Shown here: positions 38,472 to 49,052 of the stretch, piece by piece | Numbering within the stretch: position 1 is the stretch's first letter | How the letters are laid out: every line of letters begins with the position of its first letter | Assembly (NCBI GenBank): GCA_001782805.1 | Contig: MFPT01000002.1 | Span: 69,401 to 133,400, forward strand | Direction: 5' to 3' | Length of the DNA: 64,000 nt | Source of the DNA: Candidatus Magasanikbacteria bacterium RIFCSPHIGHO2_01_FULL_41_23 | GTDB lineage: Bacteria > Patescibacteriota > Patescibacteriia > Magasanikbacterales > UBA922 | The notes under the pieces: model-generated | Seen by the model: the letters and a program-made list of their open reading frames with translations, nothing else | Database searches by the model: none | Told to the model about the DNA's origin: nothing | Made by a program: the position numbers and the translations under genes

Positions 38472-40493
38472 ATGACGATTTTATTCCCGCTCTTGGTTTT
38501 ATTCTACTATATTGCGTTAGTATACGCTCTTCGCCGTCGCACCGGTTTTGATACGGCGAGTGTCTTGGTTAGTATCTTTTGTCTGCAATCTTTAAGCGGA
38601 TCAATTTTTTATCTTTTTGATAAAGTTTCCCCTCTTTCCATCGCCATGACCGCAACCATTCCTCTGATTCTTTTTTTAATAAAAAATAAACAACTGGCAG
38701 AAAAAGACAATTCTACAAAATCACCGCGCTTTTTGTGTATTTCCTATCTCCTTATTATAATTTTGGAATTCGGCATTATGGCCAATTTATTTTTGAACCA
38801 AACGACTGAACCAAGTCCATCGCCATGGCTTTTGGTGGGATCATCTTTTTTCTTTTTGTATTTTGTCACAATGCTTTTGGTTTTAATAACTACATGGCTA
38901 TCGCCCAACGCAAACTGGCGTCTCAATCTGACATCCCTCCATCTATTGATTACCTATAGTGTCGTCGCTATTATGTATCCGCTCGGATTTGGTTTTGATG
39001 GTCAGATTCATCGCGTTACCGAAGAATGGATAAAACTGCACGGCTTTATCGCGCCCAAATTACCGCTGTATATTGGCCAATACACGTTTGTGGTTTTTTT
39101 AAGTCATCTCACTAAAATTTCCACCAGTCTAATTGATGTTTGGTTGATTCCCATTGCGACGGCGTTTATTTTACCGCGGATTATTTCCGATTCATTAACT
39201 AAATTTTTTAGTATTCCCGAAAAGATTGCCATCAGCTTACTGTGGCTTCTGCCGTTTATTTATTTCTTCGCGTTATTTTTGACTACGCCTTTTAATGTTT
39301 TGGTTTTATTAACGATTATCGTAATTTTTTCCGGTCTGGTCTATACAAAAACAAACAAGCCGCGCGATTTTTTAGTGGCCGGCTTATCGGCTTTAGCTGG
39401 ACTTTTTATTCATCCACTTTTGGGCGCGCCTTTGGCTGTTTTTACTGTTGGACTTTTTCTTAATCAAAAAATAATCCAGACAAGTCGGGACAATAAAATA
39501 CAAAAAATATTTTTGTCCACGTATGGTTTGGTGATGACTTTTTTGGTTCCGGGATTATTCATGGCCTTTATTTATATAACACGACATATTGTTCCCACGA
39601 TTTCCAATCCGCTCACCAAAATTAATTTATTTTTAAATTATGGACGGTCGCCATTTTGGTATACATCGCATTCACTGTGGTATTGGGAAATTTTGTATCG
39701 GTGGGAATGGTTGATTCCGGTCGTGGTGTTGGCGTTATCCGGGTATGGTTTGTACAAATTTCGGGAGCGCATTAATTGGATGTACGCTACAACCGCAATT
39801 GCACTTTTCTTAAGCGCGTTTTTCTTGCGCAGCTGGGTGGTTTTTCCCGATGTTCACGCGCTGGAACAAGGCGATTACCCGTTGCGTTTACTCAAAAGTG
39901 GTTTGCTGTTTATTCTGCCGTGGGGAATGGTCGGTTCATATTATCTCGGAAACAATTTATTTAATAAAATATACACGACTAAAGTAATACGACGATTGAC
40001 ATTATTATTTTTTATGATCGCGGCCGGATTTTTAACTATTTCTTTTTATTTAAGTTATCCGCAATGGAATCAAAAAGTTAAATTTCCCGGCTACAATGTT
40101 TCCGCAGCTGACATTGAGGGCGTGCATTGGATTAAAGATGATGCTAGTACCAATGATTATATTGTTTTATCCAATCCAATTACGGCCGCGGCCGCGCTCA
40201 AAGAATTCAGTTTTGCGCGCTACTTCCCCACTGCGCACGGCGAACTATTTTATTATTCAATCCCCAGCGGTGGCGTGTTATACAATTTTTATACGGAAAT
40301 GTGGACTAACGGCCAAAAACGCAGCACCATAGAACGAGCCATGGATTTAATGGGAGTAAAGCGCGCCTATTTTGTCATCCCCTCTTATTGGACAAAATTT
40401 GATTCCATTGTGGCTGGTGCGAAGAAATCCGCGGATTGGTGGGAAGAGATTGATGGGGGGAAGATGTTTGTTTTTGGGTATGAGAAAAAATAG
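38472..40493 (+). CDS. large polytopic membrane protein (possible second GT-C/YfhO-like glycan-assembly protein)
   Basis: 673 aa with many TM helices and a C-terminal soluble domain. Divergent from the GT-C gene. Confidence 0.4.
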   Translation: MTILFPLLVLFYYIALVYALRRRTGFDTASVLVSIFCLQSLSGSIFYLFDKVSPLSIAMTATIPLILFLIKNKQLAEKDNSTKSPRFLCISYLLIIILEFGIMANLFLNQTTEPSPSPWLLVGSSFFFLYFVTMLLVLITTWLSPNANWRLNLTSLHLLITYSVVAIMYPLGFGFDGQIHRVTEEWIKLHGFIAPKLPLYIGQYTFVVFLSHLTKISTSLIDVWLIPIATAFILPRIISDSLTKFFSIPEKIAISLLWLLPFIYFFALFLTTPFNVLVLLTIIVIFSGLVYTKTNKPRDFLVAGLSALAGLFIHPLLGAPLAVFTVGLFLNQKIIQTSRDNKIQKIFLSTYGLVMTFLVPGLFMAFIYITRHIVPTISNPLTKINLFLNYGRSPFWYTSHSLWYWEILYRWEWLIPVVVLALSGYGLYKFRERINWMYATTAIALFLSAFFLRSWVVFPDVHALEQGDYPLRLLKSGLLFILPWGMVGSYYLGNNLFNKIYTTKVIRRLTLLFFMIAAGFLTISFYLSYPQWNQKVKFPGYNVSAADIEGVHWIKDDASTNDYIVLSNPITAAAALKEFSFARYFPTAHGELFYYSIPSGGVLYNFYTEMWTNGQKRSTIERAMDLMGVKRAYFVIPSYWTKFDSIVAGAKKSADWWEEIDGGKMFVFGYEKK

Positions 40494-40552
40494 CTTAATT
40501 TGTTAACAGGCCACCAGTTAATTGTTATGTTACGCAAAACTATTTATACAAA

Positions 40553-41812
40553 TTATTTTTGATACAAATGAATCAACTTACCAATATATTCTCCCAACGA
40601 CAACCCAGTCAAAGATTTTGTTGTCTGTTTACCCATCTCGGCCACTTTCGCTTGATTATTCAAACACCATTCCAATTTATTTTTCAATTCCGCCACATCG
40701 CCGGCCGGAAATGTCAGTCCGTTTTCCCCTTGCCGAATTAATTCGGCAATCCCCTCTATATCACTCGCCAACACCGGAACCGCGGCCGCGAAACTTTCAA
40801 AAATAACGGTTGGTGAATTTTCATAACACAATGACGGCACAACCGTCATATTCATGCGTGCAAAAATCGCGGGCAATTCGCGCCGATCCAAACGGCCGTA
40901 CATTTTAATTCTTTTGTCGTTTTTCGCCAAATCCGTAATTAAATTAAGTTTTGCTCCGCCACCCACAATATGCAATTCCGCTCCGGAATTTTCCAACTCA
41001 CGGAACGCTTCAACTAATTCTGCCACACCCTTATGACTTTCAATTTGACCGACATAGAGGAATCGAAATTGATTATCAGTGGTCTGAAAACTTTTTTTAA
41101 ATTTATCCTGACTTGTTCCGTTTACCCCGAGTGTAATCGAGGGAAGCAAAGTCGAGGAAGATCTGTCTAGGGACAAAACTTCAGGAAATGTTAACGGATT
41201 ACGCAACACTTCCACACGCGAACGCGAAAAAAATTCGCGCGACAAATAAAAATCCCGTAAAAATTGCGACGGCGAGATAACGGTTTCCGGTGAACCAAAA
41301 AGAATTCGCATTAATGCCGTGTATATTTTGCTCGGCCAACCCACATAGCGCCACGAATGTTCACGTTGTTTTAAAATCATCCCGCTCGGTTCAACCAACT
41401 GCACATCATGCACAGTGTGAATATGGCGAATATTCAAAATGCGAATGATCGCCGGCAGTAAAAAACTCAAACCCATTAAATTATGCGTATGCACAACATC
41501 GGGTTTTTCTTGACGCAAATTTTTTTTTATTTGCCACGCCACCTGAACATTAAAAATATCCACCACGTGCCACAAAAATCGCGCGCATATTCCATGCTCA
41601 TTCGCACTGGTATAGAAAAAAATATTCAACGGATGAATCCGATAAATAGTTAATTTATTATGATGTTCAATTTTAGACATCAACGGAGTACTCGTAATAA
41701 CCACAACCTCGTGATGCATATCTAACAAGCCTTCCACTGTTTTCACCACCACCTGTTCCGCTCCACCTCTATCATAAGGCGGATATATATTATTGATGAC
41801 CGCGACTTTCAT
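40553..41812 (-). CDS. glycosyltransferase family 4 (GT-B)
   Basis: N-terminal YPPYDRGGAEQ and a C-terminal Glyco_trans_1 domain. Confidence 0.75.
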   Translation of the reverse strand: MKVAVINNIYPPYDRGGAEQVVVKTVEGLLDMHHEVVVITSTPLMSKIEHHNKLTIYRIHPLNIFFYTSANEHGICARFLWHVVDIFNVQVAWQIKKNLRQEKPDVVHTHNLMGLSFLLPAIIRILNIRHIHTVHDVQLVEPSGMILKQREHSWRYVGWPSKIYTALMRILFGSPETVISPSQFLRDFYLSREFFSRSRVEVLRNPLTFPEVLSLDRSSSTLLPSITLGVNGTSQDKFKKSFQTTDNQFRFLYVGQIESHKGVAELVEAFRELENSGAELHIVGGGAKLNLITDLAKNDKRIKMYGRLDRRELPAIFARMNMTVVPSLCYENSPTVIFESFAAAVPVLASDIEGIAELIRQGENGLTFPAGDVAELKNKLEWCLNNQAKVAEMGKQTTKSLTGLSLGEYIGKLIHLYQK

Positions 41813-41830
41813 AAAACTACAATTACTCCG

Positions 41831-43099
41831 TTATCTGACAATTCTAGAATCCATTTGTTTTTCATCACGTAGAAAAAATAAAGCCAAAATAAATACAAAC
41901 AAATTCAGCGCGGAAAAAACCTTAAACGCAAAATCAAAACCTCCAGGCATACTTAAAAAAATTCCGCCAAATAACGGCCCTAATAAAAAACCAATGCTTA
42001 GTGTGATTTCCATAATACTGACCGAATATCCGCGATATTCTTTACCTAAATTTTTTTCAGTTAATGATTCGTACATTCCTTCCACTGCTGGCAAGGCGAT
42101 TGTAAATAATCCTAGGCTGGTAATAAAAATTAAAACACCGGATATCAAAAGTTGATCAAATATCTGTAACAAAAAAATGGAAATTGTACTTATTGCCAAT
42201 CCAATAAATATAAATTTTTTTCTACCAAAAGTATCTTCCCATTTGCCAAAACTCCGTTCAAACAATATCATAGGCAACGTATAAATCGCCAGTAAAATCC
42301 CGCCAATTATAAACTCATCAAAAAAATATCCAGTAAATTTTTTGGCAAATATGGGTTCAAAAACAAAGAAAAAACCATCAAACAAATGAACAAACGTTAA
42401 CAGGAAAATTAAAAACAATCCTTGTTTACCAATACTCTTCAATTCAAAAATAATGTCAGTATAACTTTTGGTAAAGGAAATTTTTTCTAAAGGCATTTTT
42501 CTTTCCTTTTTTTGAGCAAAAATCACAATGGCTAAAATGAGTAAAAGTCCCAAACAAAGATAAGGAATATTTTTAAGATTTAAACTGACAACAAAGCCAG
42601 CAATAATCGCTCCAATCAATAGACCAAAAGAATATAAAGATTCAAGAAACGATATATGAGTTGAACGATCTGTTTCCGTGGAGTTATCAAAAACATTCTT
42701 ATATGAAGTAATGCTAAAAAGATCAAACGCTATACCATAAATATTCGTGGCTAAAAAAAGCAGGAAAACAATACTTCCTGAATTAAGAAACAATATAATA
42801 TTCGCGCAAAATAAAAAAATAGAGACTAACAATAGAGTTTTTGGAGGGAATTTTTTTTGAATTTGCCCCAAAAACGGATCAATAAAAAAAGAAATAAACG
42901 AACTGCCACTTAAAATTATTCCAATGGTAAAAAAACTCAAATGTAATGATTCTAAATACAACGGCACAAAAAACTCAAACAAGGCAAAGGCAATTGCCCA
43001 AACCAAAAAGAAAACCGAAATCTGCATTACTTTGTAATGTCTGTCCCTTTTATAATTTCGAATAAACCGACTAAATACAATCATACTAAAATTCTGCAA
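41831..43099 (-). CDS. MFS transporter
   Basis: 12 predicted TM helices in a 6+6 arrangement with a central loop. Confidence 0.6.
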   Translation of the reverse strand: MQNFSMIVFSRFIRNYKRDRHYKVMQISVFFLVWAIAFALFEFFVPLYLESLHLSFFTIGIILSGSSFISFFIDPFLGQIQKKFPPKTLLLVSIFLFCANIILFLNSGSIVFLLFLATNIYGIAFDLFSITSYKNVFDNSTETDRSTHISFLESLYSFGLLIGAIIAGFVVSLNLKNIPYLCLGLLLILAIVIFAQKKERKMPLEKISFTKSYTDIIFELKSIGKQGLFLIFLLTFVHLFDGFFFVFEPIFAKKFTGYFFDEFIIGGILLAIYTLPMILFERSFGKWEDTFGRKKFIFIGLAISTISIFLLQIFDQLLISGVLIFITSLGLFTIALPAVEGMYESLTEKNLGKEYRGYSVSIMEITLSIGFLLGPLFGGIFLSMPGGFDFAFKVFSALNLFVFILALFFLRDEKQMDSRIVR

Positions 43100-43165
43100 G
43101 CTCTAAAGTTATTAACAAGATGTTAACAAGATATTAACCAATGGTATATTGCCCAAAAATTCACA

Positions 43166-45952
43166 TTGCTCTATTATATAGAAACTAGTCAATTAACTCA
43201 AATTAAACTTGTGACTGATTTTACTCAAGTAGAGAAAATTCCACCCCAAAATCTGGAAGCCGAGATGTCGCTTTTGGGCGCGATTTTAATTGATAAAGAA
43301 GCTTTGCTTAAAATTGCGGATATTTTGGAACCGGATGATTTTTATAAACCCGCACATGCCGAAGTATATCAAGCCATTCTTGATCTGTATGCCAAAAGCG
43401 AGCCCGTGGATATTTTAACATTATCAAATCGTTTGGAAGAACGTGGAGTTTTGGAAAAAATCGGTGGCCGAAGTTTTGTCGTCAGTCTAGCCAACACTGT
43501 TCCCACGGCTTCGCATGTTAAACATTACGCGGATATTGTCGCCCGCAAAGCCACGTTACGCAAACTCATTGGCGCGGCCAGTGAAATTTCTCGTTTGGGT
43601 TTTACGGAAGATTCCGATGAAATTGAAATGCTCCTTGATAAAGCCCAACAGCATGTCTTTAGCGTAACGCAAAAACATATTAAACAAACCTTCACGCCCA
43701 TTCGCGGAATTTTAAGCGAAGCCTTTGATCGGATTGATGAATTGCATCGCGACAAAGGCAAATTGCGCGGCGTGCCCACCGGATTTCGGGAATTGGACAA
43801 TATCTTGGCCGGTTTGCAAAAATCCGATTTGATTATTTTAGCGGCGCGGCCATCGGTCGGAAAAACTTCACTCGCGCTCGACATTGCGCGTCACGTAGCG
43901 ATTCGCGAAAAAGTGCCCGTGGGAATTTTTTCTTTGGAAATGAGCAAAGAACAATTTGTGGATCGTCTGCTGTGTGCCGAAGCCGGCGTGGATTTATGGA
44001 AAATGCGCACAGGCAATCTTTCTGATCGGCCAGATAGTGATGATTTTCCGCGCATTGGTCATGCCATGGGTGTTTTGTCCGAAGCCCCCATTTATATAGA
44101 TGATTTTCCGGGCAACAATGTAATGCAAATTCGCACCAAAGCGCGTCGTCTCAAATCCGAACATGGTCTTGGTCTTATTATTATTGATTACATGCAGTTA
44201 ATGGAATCGCATAATAATAAATACTCGGAAAATCGTGTCCAAGAAGTTTCTGAAATGAGCCGTAATTTAAAAGGGATTGCGCGTGAACTAAATGTGCCGG
44301 TTTTGGCATTGTCGCAATTATCTCGTGCGGTGGAACAAACCAAACCAGCCATTCCCAAATTGTCGCACTTACGTGAATCAGGATGTTTAACCGGAGACAC
44401 GATTATCATTCGGGCTGATACTGGCGAACCAGTCCGGCTCATTGATATTGTCACCGGTAAGATTCCAACCCCTTTACCTATATTTGCCCTCGACGAGAAC
44501 TGGAAAATCTCCCCACAAATAATGACTAAAGCCTTTTCCTCTGGTCAAAAAAAGGTATTTGAAATGCGTTTGCGAAGCGGGCGCACCATTCGCGCCTCAG
44601 CCAATCATCCATTCCGTACACTTGGAGGCTGGACAAACTTAGAAGATTTATGTCCTGGTATGCGTATTGCAGTCCCTCGTGTTTTGACACCACAAAAACC
44701 CACCAATCTTATGAACTTGGATGAGCTCGCATTACTGGCACATCTCTTGGGCGACGGATGCACAGTACCACGACAGCCAATTCATTATACCAGTGCTGAT
44801 CCGGAAAATTTAGCGGTAGTAGAGCAAACCGCTATAAAATTATTTAACATAAAACCGCGTCGAGTCAAGCAAAAAAATTGGTGGCATGTGTATCTTCCTT
44901 CACCCTACCACCTCACTCATGGAAAACATCATCCCATTACTAACTGGTTTTCGCAGTTAGGTATCGGTCTACGACACTCTTATAAAAAGGAAATACCACT
45001 TCAAGTATTCCAATCAGACAGCTCCCATATCGCGCACTTCCTCCGCCATCTATGGGCCACTGACGGTAATATTTCCTGGAAATTTATACTAGGTAGAAAA
45101 CCAGCCGGAGCAATTTATTACTCTAGCACTAGCACGGTGTTGGCAAGACAAGTCCAGCATTTACTTACTCGTTTAGGTATATTCTCAACATTACGCCTCG
45201 TGCCGCAAGGCGATCATCGACCAGCGCACCAAGTTCATGTCCAAGGAAGTACCAATCAAAAAACATTTCTTTCAGTGGTTGGTTCGGCAGGCAGTCGTGG
45301 TGATATTGTACCGGCTATGCTTACCGCCCTTCAAGAAATAACAGCAAACCCAAACCGTGACACTATTCCTCACGAGATCTGGAATAGTACCATTGAAGAA
45401 GCGAGAACCGAAGCCAATATCAGTTGGAGAGAATTATACCGCCAACTAGACAATTCTTATGCTGGTACCGTTAAGCAAAATTCTGTGGGTAGAGAACGAC
45501 TCGGTCGAATCGCAGTGGCCCTCAAAAGCAAACCATTGCAACTACTCGCCGACTCTAGTATTTTTTGGGACGAAATTGAATCCATCGTATCTCAAGGTAT
45601 GGAAGAAGTGTACGATGCCACCGTACCCAGATTTCACAATTTTGTCGCCAATGACATTATTGTCCATAATAGTATCGAACAAGACGCGGATGTGGTATTA
45701 TTCATCTATCGCAAAGCCGCGGATCGCAATTATCGTTTGGAAGATATTCCGCCGGATGAACGTCATCTGGGAGAAATTCACGTGGCCAAACATCGCAATG
45801 GTCCCACTGGCATGGCTAAAGTTTTTTTTGATGAAACGCGCGCGAGTTATCGTAATTTAGATACGCGGTATGTTCCGCCAACAGGCGGAGGACAATCGCA
45901 TGCTCCAGCCAATCTACCCAAACCAGGATCAGTCAATGTGCCAAGTTTTTAA
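43166..45952 (+). CDS. dnaB: replicative DNA helicase DnaB, interrupted by an in-frame intein
   Basis: Conserved DnaB N-terminal domain, Walker A ARPSVGKTSLAL, Walker B IIIDYMQL. The helicase sequence ...HLRESG / SIEQDADVV... is split by a 429-aa insertion. Confidence 0.9.
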   Translation: MLYYIETSQLTQIKLVTDFTQVEKIPPQNLEAEMSLLGAILIDKEALLKIADILEPDDFYKPAHAEVYQAILDLYAKSEPVDILTLSNRLEERGVLEKIGGRSFVVSLANTVPTASHVKHYADIVARKATLRKLIGAASEISRLGFTEDSDEIEMLLDKAQQHVFSVTQKHIKQTFTPIRGILSEAFDRIDELHRDKGKLRGVPTGFRELDNILAGLQKSDLIILAARPSVGKTSLALDIARHVAIREKVPVGIFSLEMSKEQFVDRLLCAEAGVDLWKMRTGNLSDRPDSDDFPRIGHAMGVLSEAPIYIDDFPGNNVMQIRTKARRLKSEHGLGLIIIDYMQLMESHNNKYSENRVQEVSEMSRNLKGIARELNVPVLALSQLSRAVEQTKPAIPKLSHLRESGCLTGDTIIIRADTGEPVRLIDIVTGKIPTPLPIFALDENWKISPQIMTKAFSSGQKKVFEMRLRSGRTIRASANHPFRTLGGWTNLEDLCPGMRIAVPRVLTPQKPTNLMNLDELALLAHLLGDGCTVPRQPIHYTSADPENLAVVEQTAIKLFNIKPRRVKQKNWWHVYLPSPYHLTHGKHHPITNWFSQLGIGLRHSYKKEIPLQVFQSDSSHIAHFLRHLWATDGNISWKFILGRKPAGAIYYSSTSTVLARQVQHLLTRLGIFSTLRLVPQGDHRPAHQVHVQGSTNQKTFLSVVGSAGSRGDIVPAMLTALQEITANPNRDTIPHEIWNSTIEEARTEANISWRELYRQLDNSYAGTVKQNSVGRERLGRIAVALKSKPLQLLADSSIFWDEIESIVSQGMEEVYDATVPRFHNFVANDIIVHNSIEQDADVVLFIYRKAADRNYRLEDIPPDERHLGEIHVAKHRNGPTGMAKVFFDETRASYRNLDTRYVPPTGGGQSHAPANLPKPGSVNVPSF
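44384..45670 (+). mobile_element. DnaB intein with LAGLIDADG-type homing endonuclease domain
   Basis: Begins with Cys (CLTGDTII) and ends ...IVHN followed by Ser. LLAHLLGDGC is a LAGLIDADG block. Sits at the canonical DnaB intein site between RESG and SIEQDAD. 1287 nt and in frame. Confidence 0.85.
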
Positions 45953-45996
45953 TTTAAAAATGAGAAAATATATATTTTCTAAAAATTTAATAAAAT

Positions 45997-46299
45997 ATGT
46001 TTAATAAATTAAAACAATTCAAAGATTTACGCGACAAAGCCAAAGATTTGCAAAATACACTGTCCAAAGAATCAGTTACTGTTGAGGCTGTTGGCGGAAA
46101 AATAAAACTCACGATGGACGGTAATTTAACACTGGCTAAAATTTTCATTGATCCAGAATTATTATCGCCCAGTAAAAAAGAAAAATTGGAAGCAGGCGTA
46201 AAAGAAGCACACGCTGACGCCATGAAAAAAATGCAGCGCATCATGGCCATGAAAATGAAAGACATGGGTGGACTGCCGAATATTCCGGGATTAAATTAA
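45997..46299 (+). CDS. ybaB: YbaB/EbfC family nucleoid-associated protein
   Basis: 100-aa protein with the conserved MQKMQ..M region, upstream of recR. Confidence 0.8.
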   Translation: MFNKLKQFKDLRDKAKDLQNTLSKESVTVEAVGGKIKLTMDGNLTLAKIFIDPELLSPSKKEKLEAGVKEAHADAMKKMQRIMAMKMKDMGGLPNIPGLN

Positions 46300-46300
46300 T

Positions 46301-46903
46301 GTGTACTCCAAGCCAATCGAAAATTTAGTGCGCGCGTTTATGCGCTTGCCGTCAGTCGGTCGTAGAACTGCCGAACGTTTTGTCTTTTATTTATTAAAAG
46401 CCGGCAAAAAAGATCCGGCGGAATTGGCGCTCGCAATTAAAACCTTAATTGCTTCGGTTAAAAGTTGCGCGATTTGTTTTGATTTTTCCGATCGTTCGCC
46501 TTGTGTGATTTGCGCTGATAAAAATCGCGACACCACTGTAATTTGTGTCGTAGCCGAACCGCAGGATGTGCAAGCAGTGGAAAGAATCGGTTCGTATCGC
46601 GGACACTATCACATTCTACGCGGACTAGTGCCGTTGGATGCAATCGCAGTTGATGAATCAATTTTAAAAATTCCCGAATTAATAACACGCGTGGAAAAGC
46701 AATTAATTAGCGAAGTAATTATCGCGCTCAATCCGGATTTGCCCGGCGAAACGACAGCCATGTATATTGAAAAATTACTGAAAGAAAAAAACGCTCAATT
46801 AAAAATCACTCGTCTCGCGCGCGGTCTCCCTATGGGCAGTGATTTGCAATATGCCGATGAAATAACTTTGGCGAGCGCGTTGAAAAATAGAACTACAGTA
46901 TAG
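46301..46903 (+). CDS. recR: recombination protein RecR
   Basis: N-terminal HhH (LPSVGRRTAERF), C4 zinc finger (CAICFDFSDRSPCVIC), Toprim domain. Confidence 0.9.
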   Translation: MYSKPIENLVRAFMRLPSVGRRTAERFVFYLLKAGKKDPAELALAIKTLIASVKSCAICFDFSDRSPCVICADKNRDTTVICVVAEPQDVQAVERIGSYRGHYHILRGLVPLDAIAVDESILKIPELITRVEKQLISEVIIALNPDLPGETTAMYIEKLLKEKNAQLKITRLARGLPMGSDLQYADEITLASALKNRTTV

Positions 46904-47055
46904 GTATGAATGATAAATTTACGATCTTTAACAAACAAACTACTACGATTGGTAGTAAAATTATGCTAAATTATTTAAACAATAAAGTCAATAAATGCCA
47001 TCAATCGTAAAATAAAAAATCCCCCGCCATTCGAAAGATTTTTTATGTCAGAATT

Positions 47056-47553
47056 TTATTGGTAACTTTTTACCGGAGCTGTTTTTGGCTGATTGAATTT
47101 CATCCCCCGTTTCATCTGTGGCCTAATTTTCATTTTTTCGCCCATTTTATTTTTCATTTCTTGCATAACAGTAAACCGCGCGTCAGCTTGAGCTTGGGTA
47201 ATATAACCCTTGTTTACCAAACTCTGCAATTCTAATTTAATTTTCGCTTCGGCCGCCGATTGCATTTTTGTTTTTAATTGTTCTTGCGTAATGCCTTTTT
47301 CCAATGCAATGTCTTGAATATTTTTTCCTTGCACCCAATATGTTTTCATTTCGTCAACCGAAATTCCCAGCAAAGACGCGTTTTGATTCATTTGTTCAGC
47401 CCATTTATCCGGGTCGGCCACACCTCCACCAAACCCTCTAAACCCGTGTAACCCTTTTGCTCCCATACCTGACGCGGAAACCGATCCGACTCCAATCAGA
47501 CCGGCAAGCACGAAGGCAGGAATAACCAAAAGATATTTTTTCTGAAACTTCAT
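47056..47553 (-). CDS. secreted LTXXQ-motif protein (Spy/CpxP-like periplasmic stress chaperone family)
   Basis: Signal peptide. ITQEQL and ITQAQA LTXXQ-like motifs. Downstream of the ECF sigma / anti-sigma pair on the same strand. Confidence 0.45.
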   Translation of the reverse strand: MKFQKKYLLVIPAFVLAGLIGVGSVSASGMGAKGLHGFRGFGGGVADPDKWAEQMNQNASLLGISVDEMKTYWVQGKNIQDIALEKGITQEQLKTKMQSAAEAKIKLELQSLVNKGYITQAQADARFTVMQEMKNKMGEKMKIRPQMKRGMKFNQPKTAPVKSYQ

Positions 47554-47611
47554 AGAAATAAAAGTTAATAAATTAATCAGCTGATATATTTAATACAAAT
47601 GATTTGATTTT

Positions 47612-48352
47612 TTATTTCACTTTTGGAACGAATTCCGGTATTGATCGGCGGATATGCGGCCGCAACACACGCAAATCCTTTGGCCGAGCCAGCTTAATAT
47701 GGCTGGCAAAAAATTCCACTCCTTGCCACTGTCCAACCGCGATAATAAAAACTCCCAGCTCTGGCTGGCGTAAATCGCGTCGCCAATTGACATTTGACGT
47801 GTTAACCATAATATCCGACCGTGGACTGCGCACAATTAAAATATTTTCCCTAACCGCAACCACTTGTCCGGCAATGCCTCTGCCGTGTTCGCCCAATCTA
47901 AAATGCATGAATGATTTCATGTATCGTTTGCTCGATATTTTTTCTCCCAAATTTGCGAAAGCAAAAATTGAACCACTGAAAAAAATTATCACCAGCACGA
48001 TAATGGACAATTTCCCAAACGAATACGCGTACGCACGTCCGGTCAAACTCAACAATCTGCCGGCCAAAAAAATCAAGAGAATGAGTGTAATAACGGGCTG
48101 AAACGGAAACGATTCCAGAAAAGCCCAAATACCCGAATTTCCAAATTCCAAATAATTTCGCGAGTCAGCGGAAACAAAATAAAATAATACAACGGTAAAT
48201 GCCAATGCCGCGAGCAAAACCGTTAAAACCACAGCGCTGCCCAAGCCTAATTTTTCCGACAAAAATAAATAGCGGGAACGAAGTTTTACTTTGCCGCTTT
48301 TAATATCAGCTATGATTATGTTCTCCAGATTGTGCATCTTTTTTTCTTCCAT
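47612..48352 (-). CDS. membrane protein, putative anti-sigma factor
   Basis: Immediately downstream of the ECF sigma gene (3-bp gap). Cytoplasmic N-terminus, several TM helices, C-terminal extracytoplasmic domain. Assignment is by position only. Confidence 0.4.
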   Translation of the reverse strand: MEEKKMHNLENIIIADIKSGKVKLRSRYLFLSEKLGLGSAVVLTVLLAALAFTVVLFYFVSADSRNYLEFGNSGIWAFLESFPFQPVITLILLIFLAGRLLSLTGRAYAYSFGKLSIIVLVIIFFSGSIFAFANLGEKISSKRYMKSFMHFRLGEHGRGIAGQVVAVRENILIVRSPRSDIMVNTSNVNWRRDLRQPELGVFIIAVGQWQGVEFFASHIKLARPKDLRVLRPHIRRSIPEFVPKVK

Positions 48353-48355
48353 ATA

Positions 48356-48907
48356 TTATTCCTGCATAATTATCTTGAGTTTTGTCTTGCCGCGAGCAAT
48401 CAGAGTCCCAACCGTGCTCACCGGCACATGCAAAATGTCACTGATTTCTTCGTATGACTTTTCTTCAAAAAAATAAAGAACAACTGGCTCGCGATATTTT
48501 TCTTTTAATTTTTGCAACGCGCGACGGATGCGTAAGGCTCCTTCTTTTTTATCTATGGAAATGCCCAGTTCCAAACGGTCATCAGCTATTTCCCATTCAC
48601 CTTCATCCAAGATCAAGGCCTCGCGCTTGAATTTTTTGCAATGATTAATGGCTTCATTATGCGCGATGCGGTAAATCCAGGATGAAAATGATCGATTGGC
48701 GTCAAAATCGAATAAATTACGATAGGCTTTAATGAATACATCCTGAAGAATATCCTCATTCGCGGTTTCACTTGTCGTAAATCGGCGGATATAACGAGTC
48801 AATTTGGCTTGATATCGTCTAATGATTTCACCATAAAGTTCGGATTCACCGTTTCGCACCAAAACTAATATTGCTTCGTCGCTCTGATTGTTGCTCGTTT
48901 CAGGCAT
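48356..48907 (-). CDS. RNA polymerase sigma-70 factor, ECF subfamily
   Basis: Region 2 (DVFIKAYRNLFDFD...FSSWIYRIAHNEAINHCKK) and region 4 HTH (SYEEISDILHVPVSTVGTLIARGK). Confidence 0.85.
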   Translation of the reverse strand: MPETSNNQSDEAILVLVRNGESELYGEIIRRYQAKLTRYIRRFTTSETANEDILQDVFIKAYRNLFDFDANRSFSSWIYRIAHNEAINHCKKFKREALILDEGEWEIADDRLELGISIDKKEGALRIRRALQKLKEKYREPVVLYFFEEKSYEEISDILHVPVSTVGTLIARGKTKLKIIMQE

Positions 48908-49052
48908 ATTCTATAGTACACTCCTTTGGCTGATTTATTTCAAATAAACTTAAAGAATCCATCCAAAAGAACCTATTCTTATTGACAAAAAATGATAAAA
49001 TAATTATTCTTACGAACAGTCTAGCGCAATCAACAGCGCTACGAGGTTAGAA

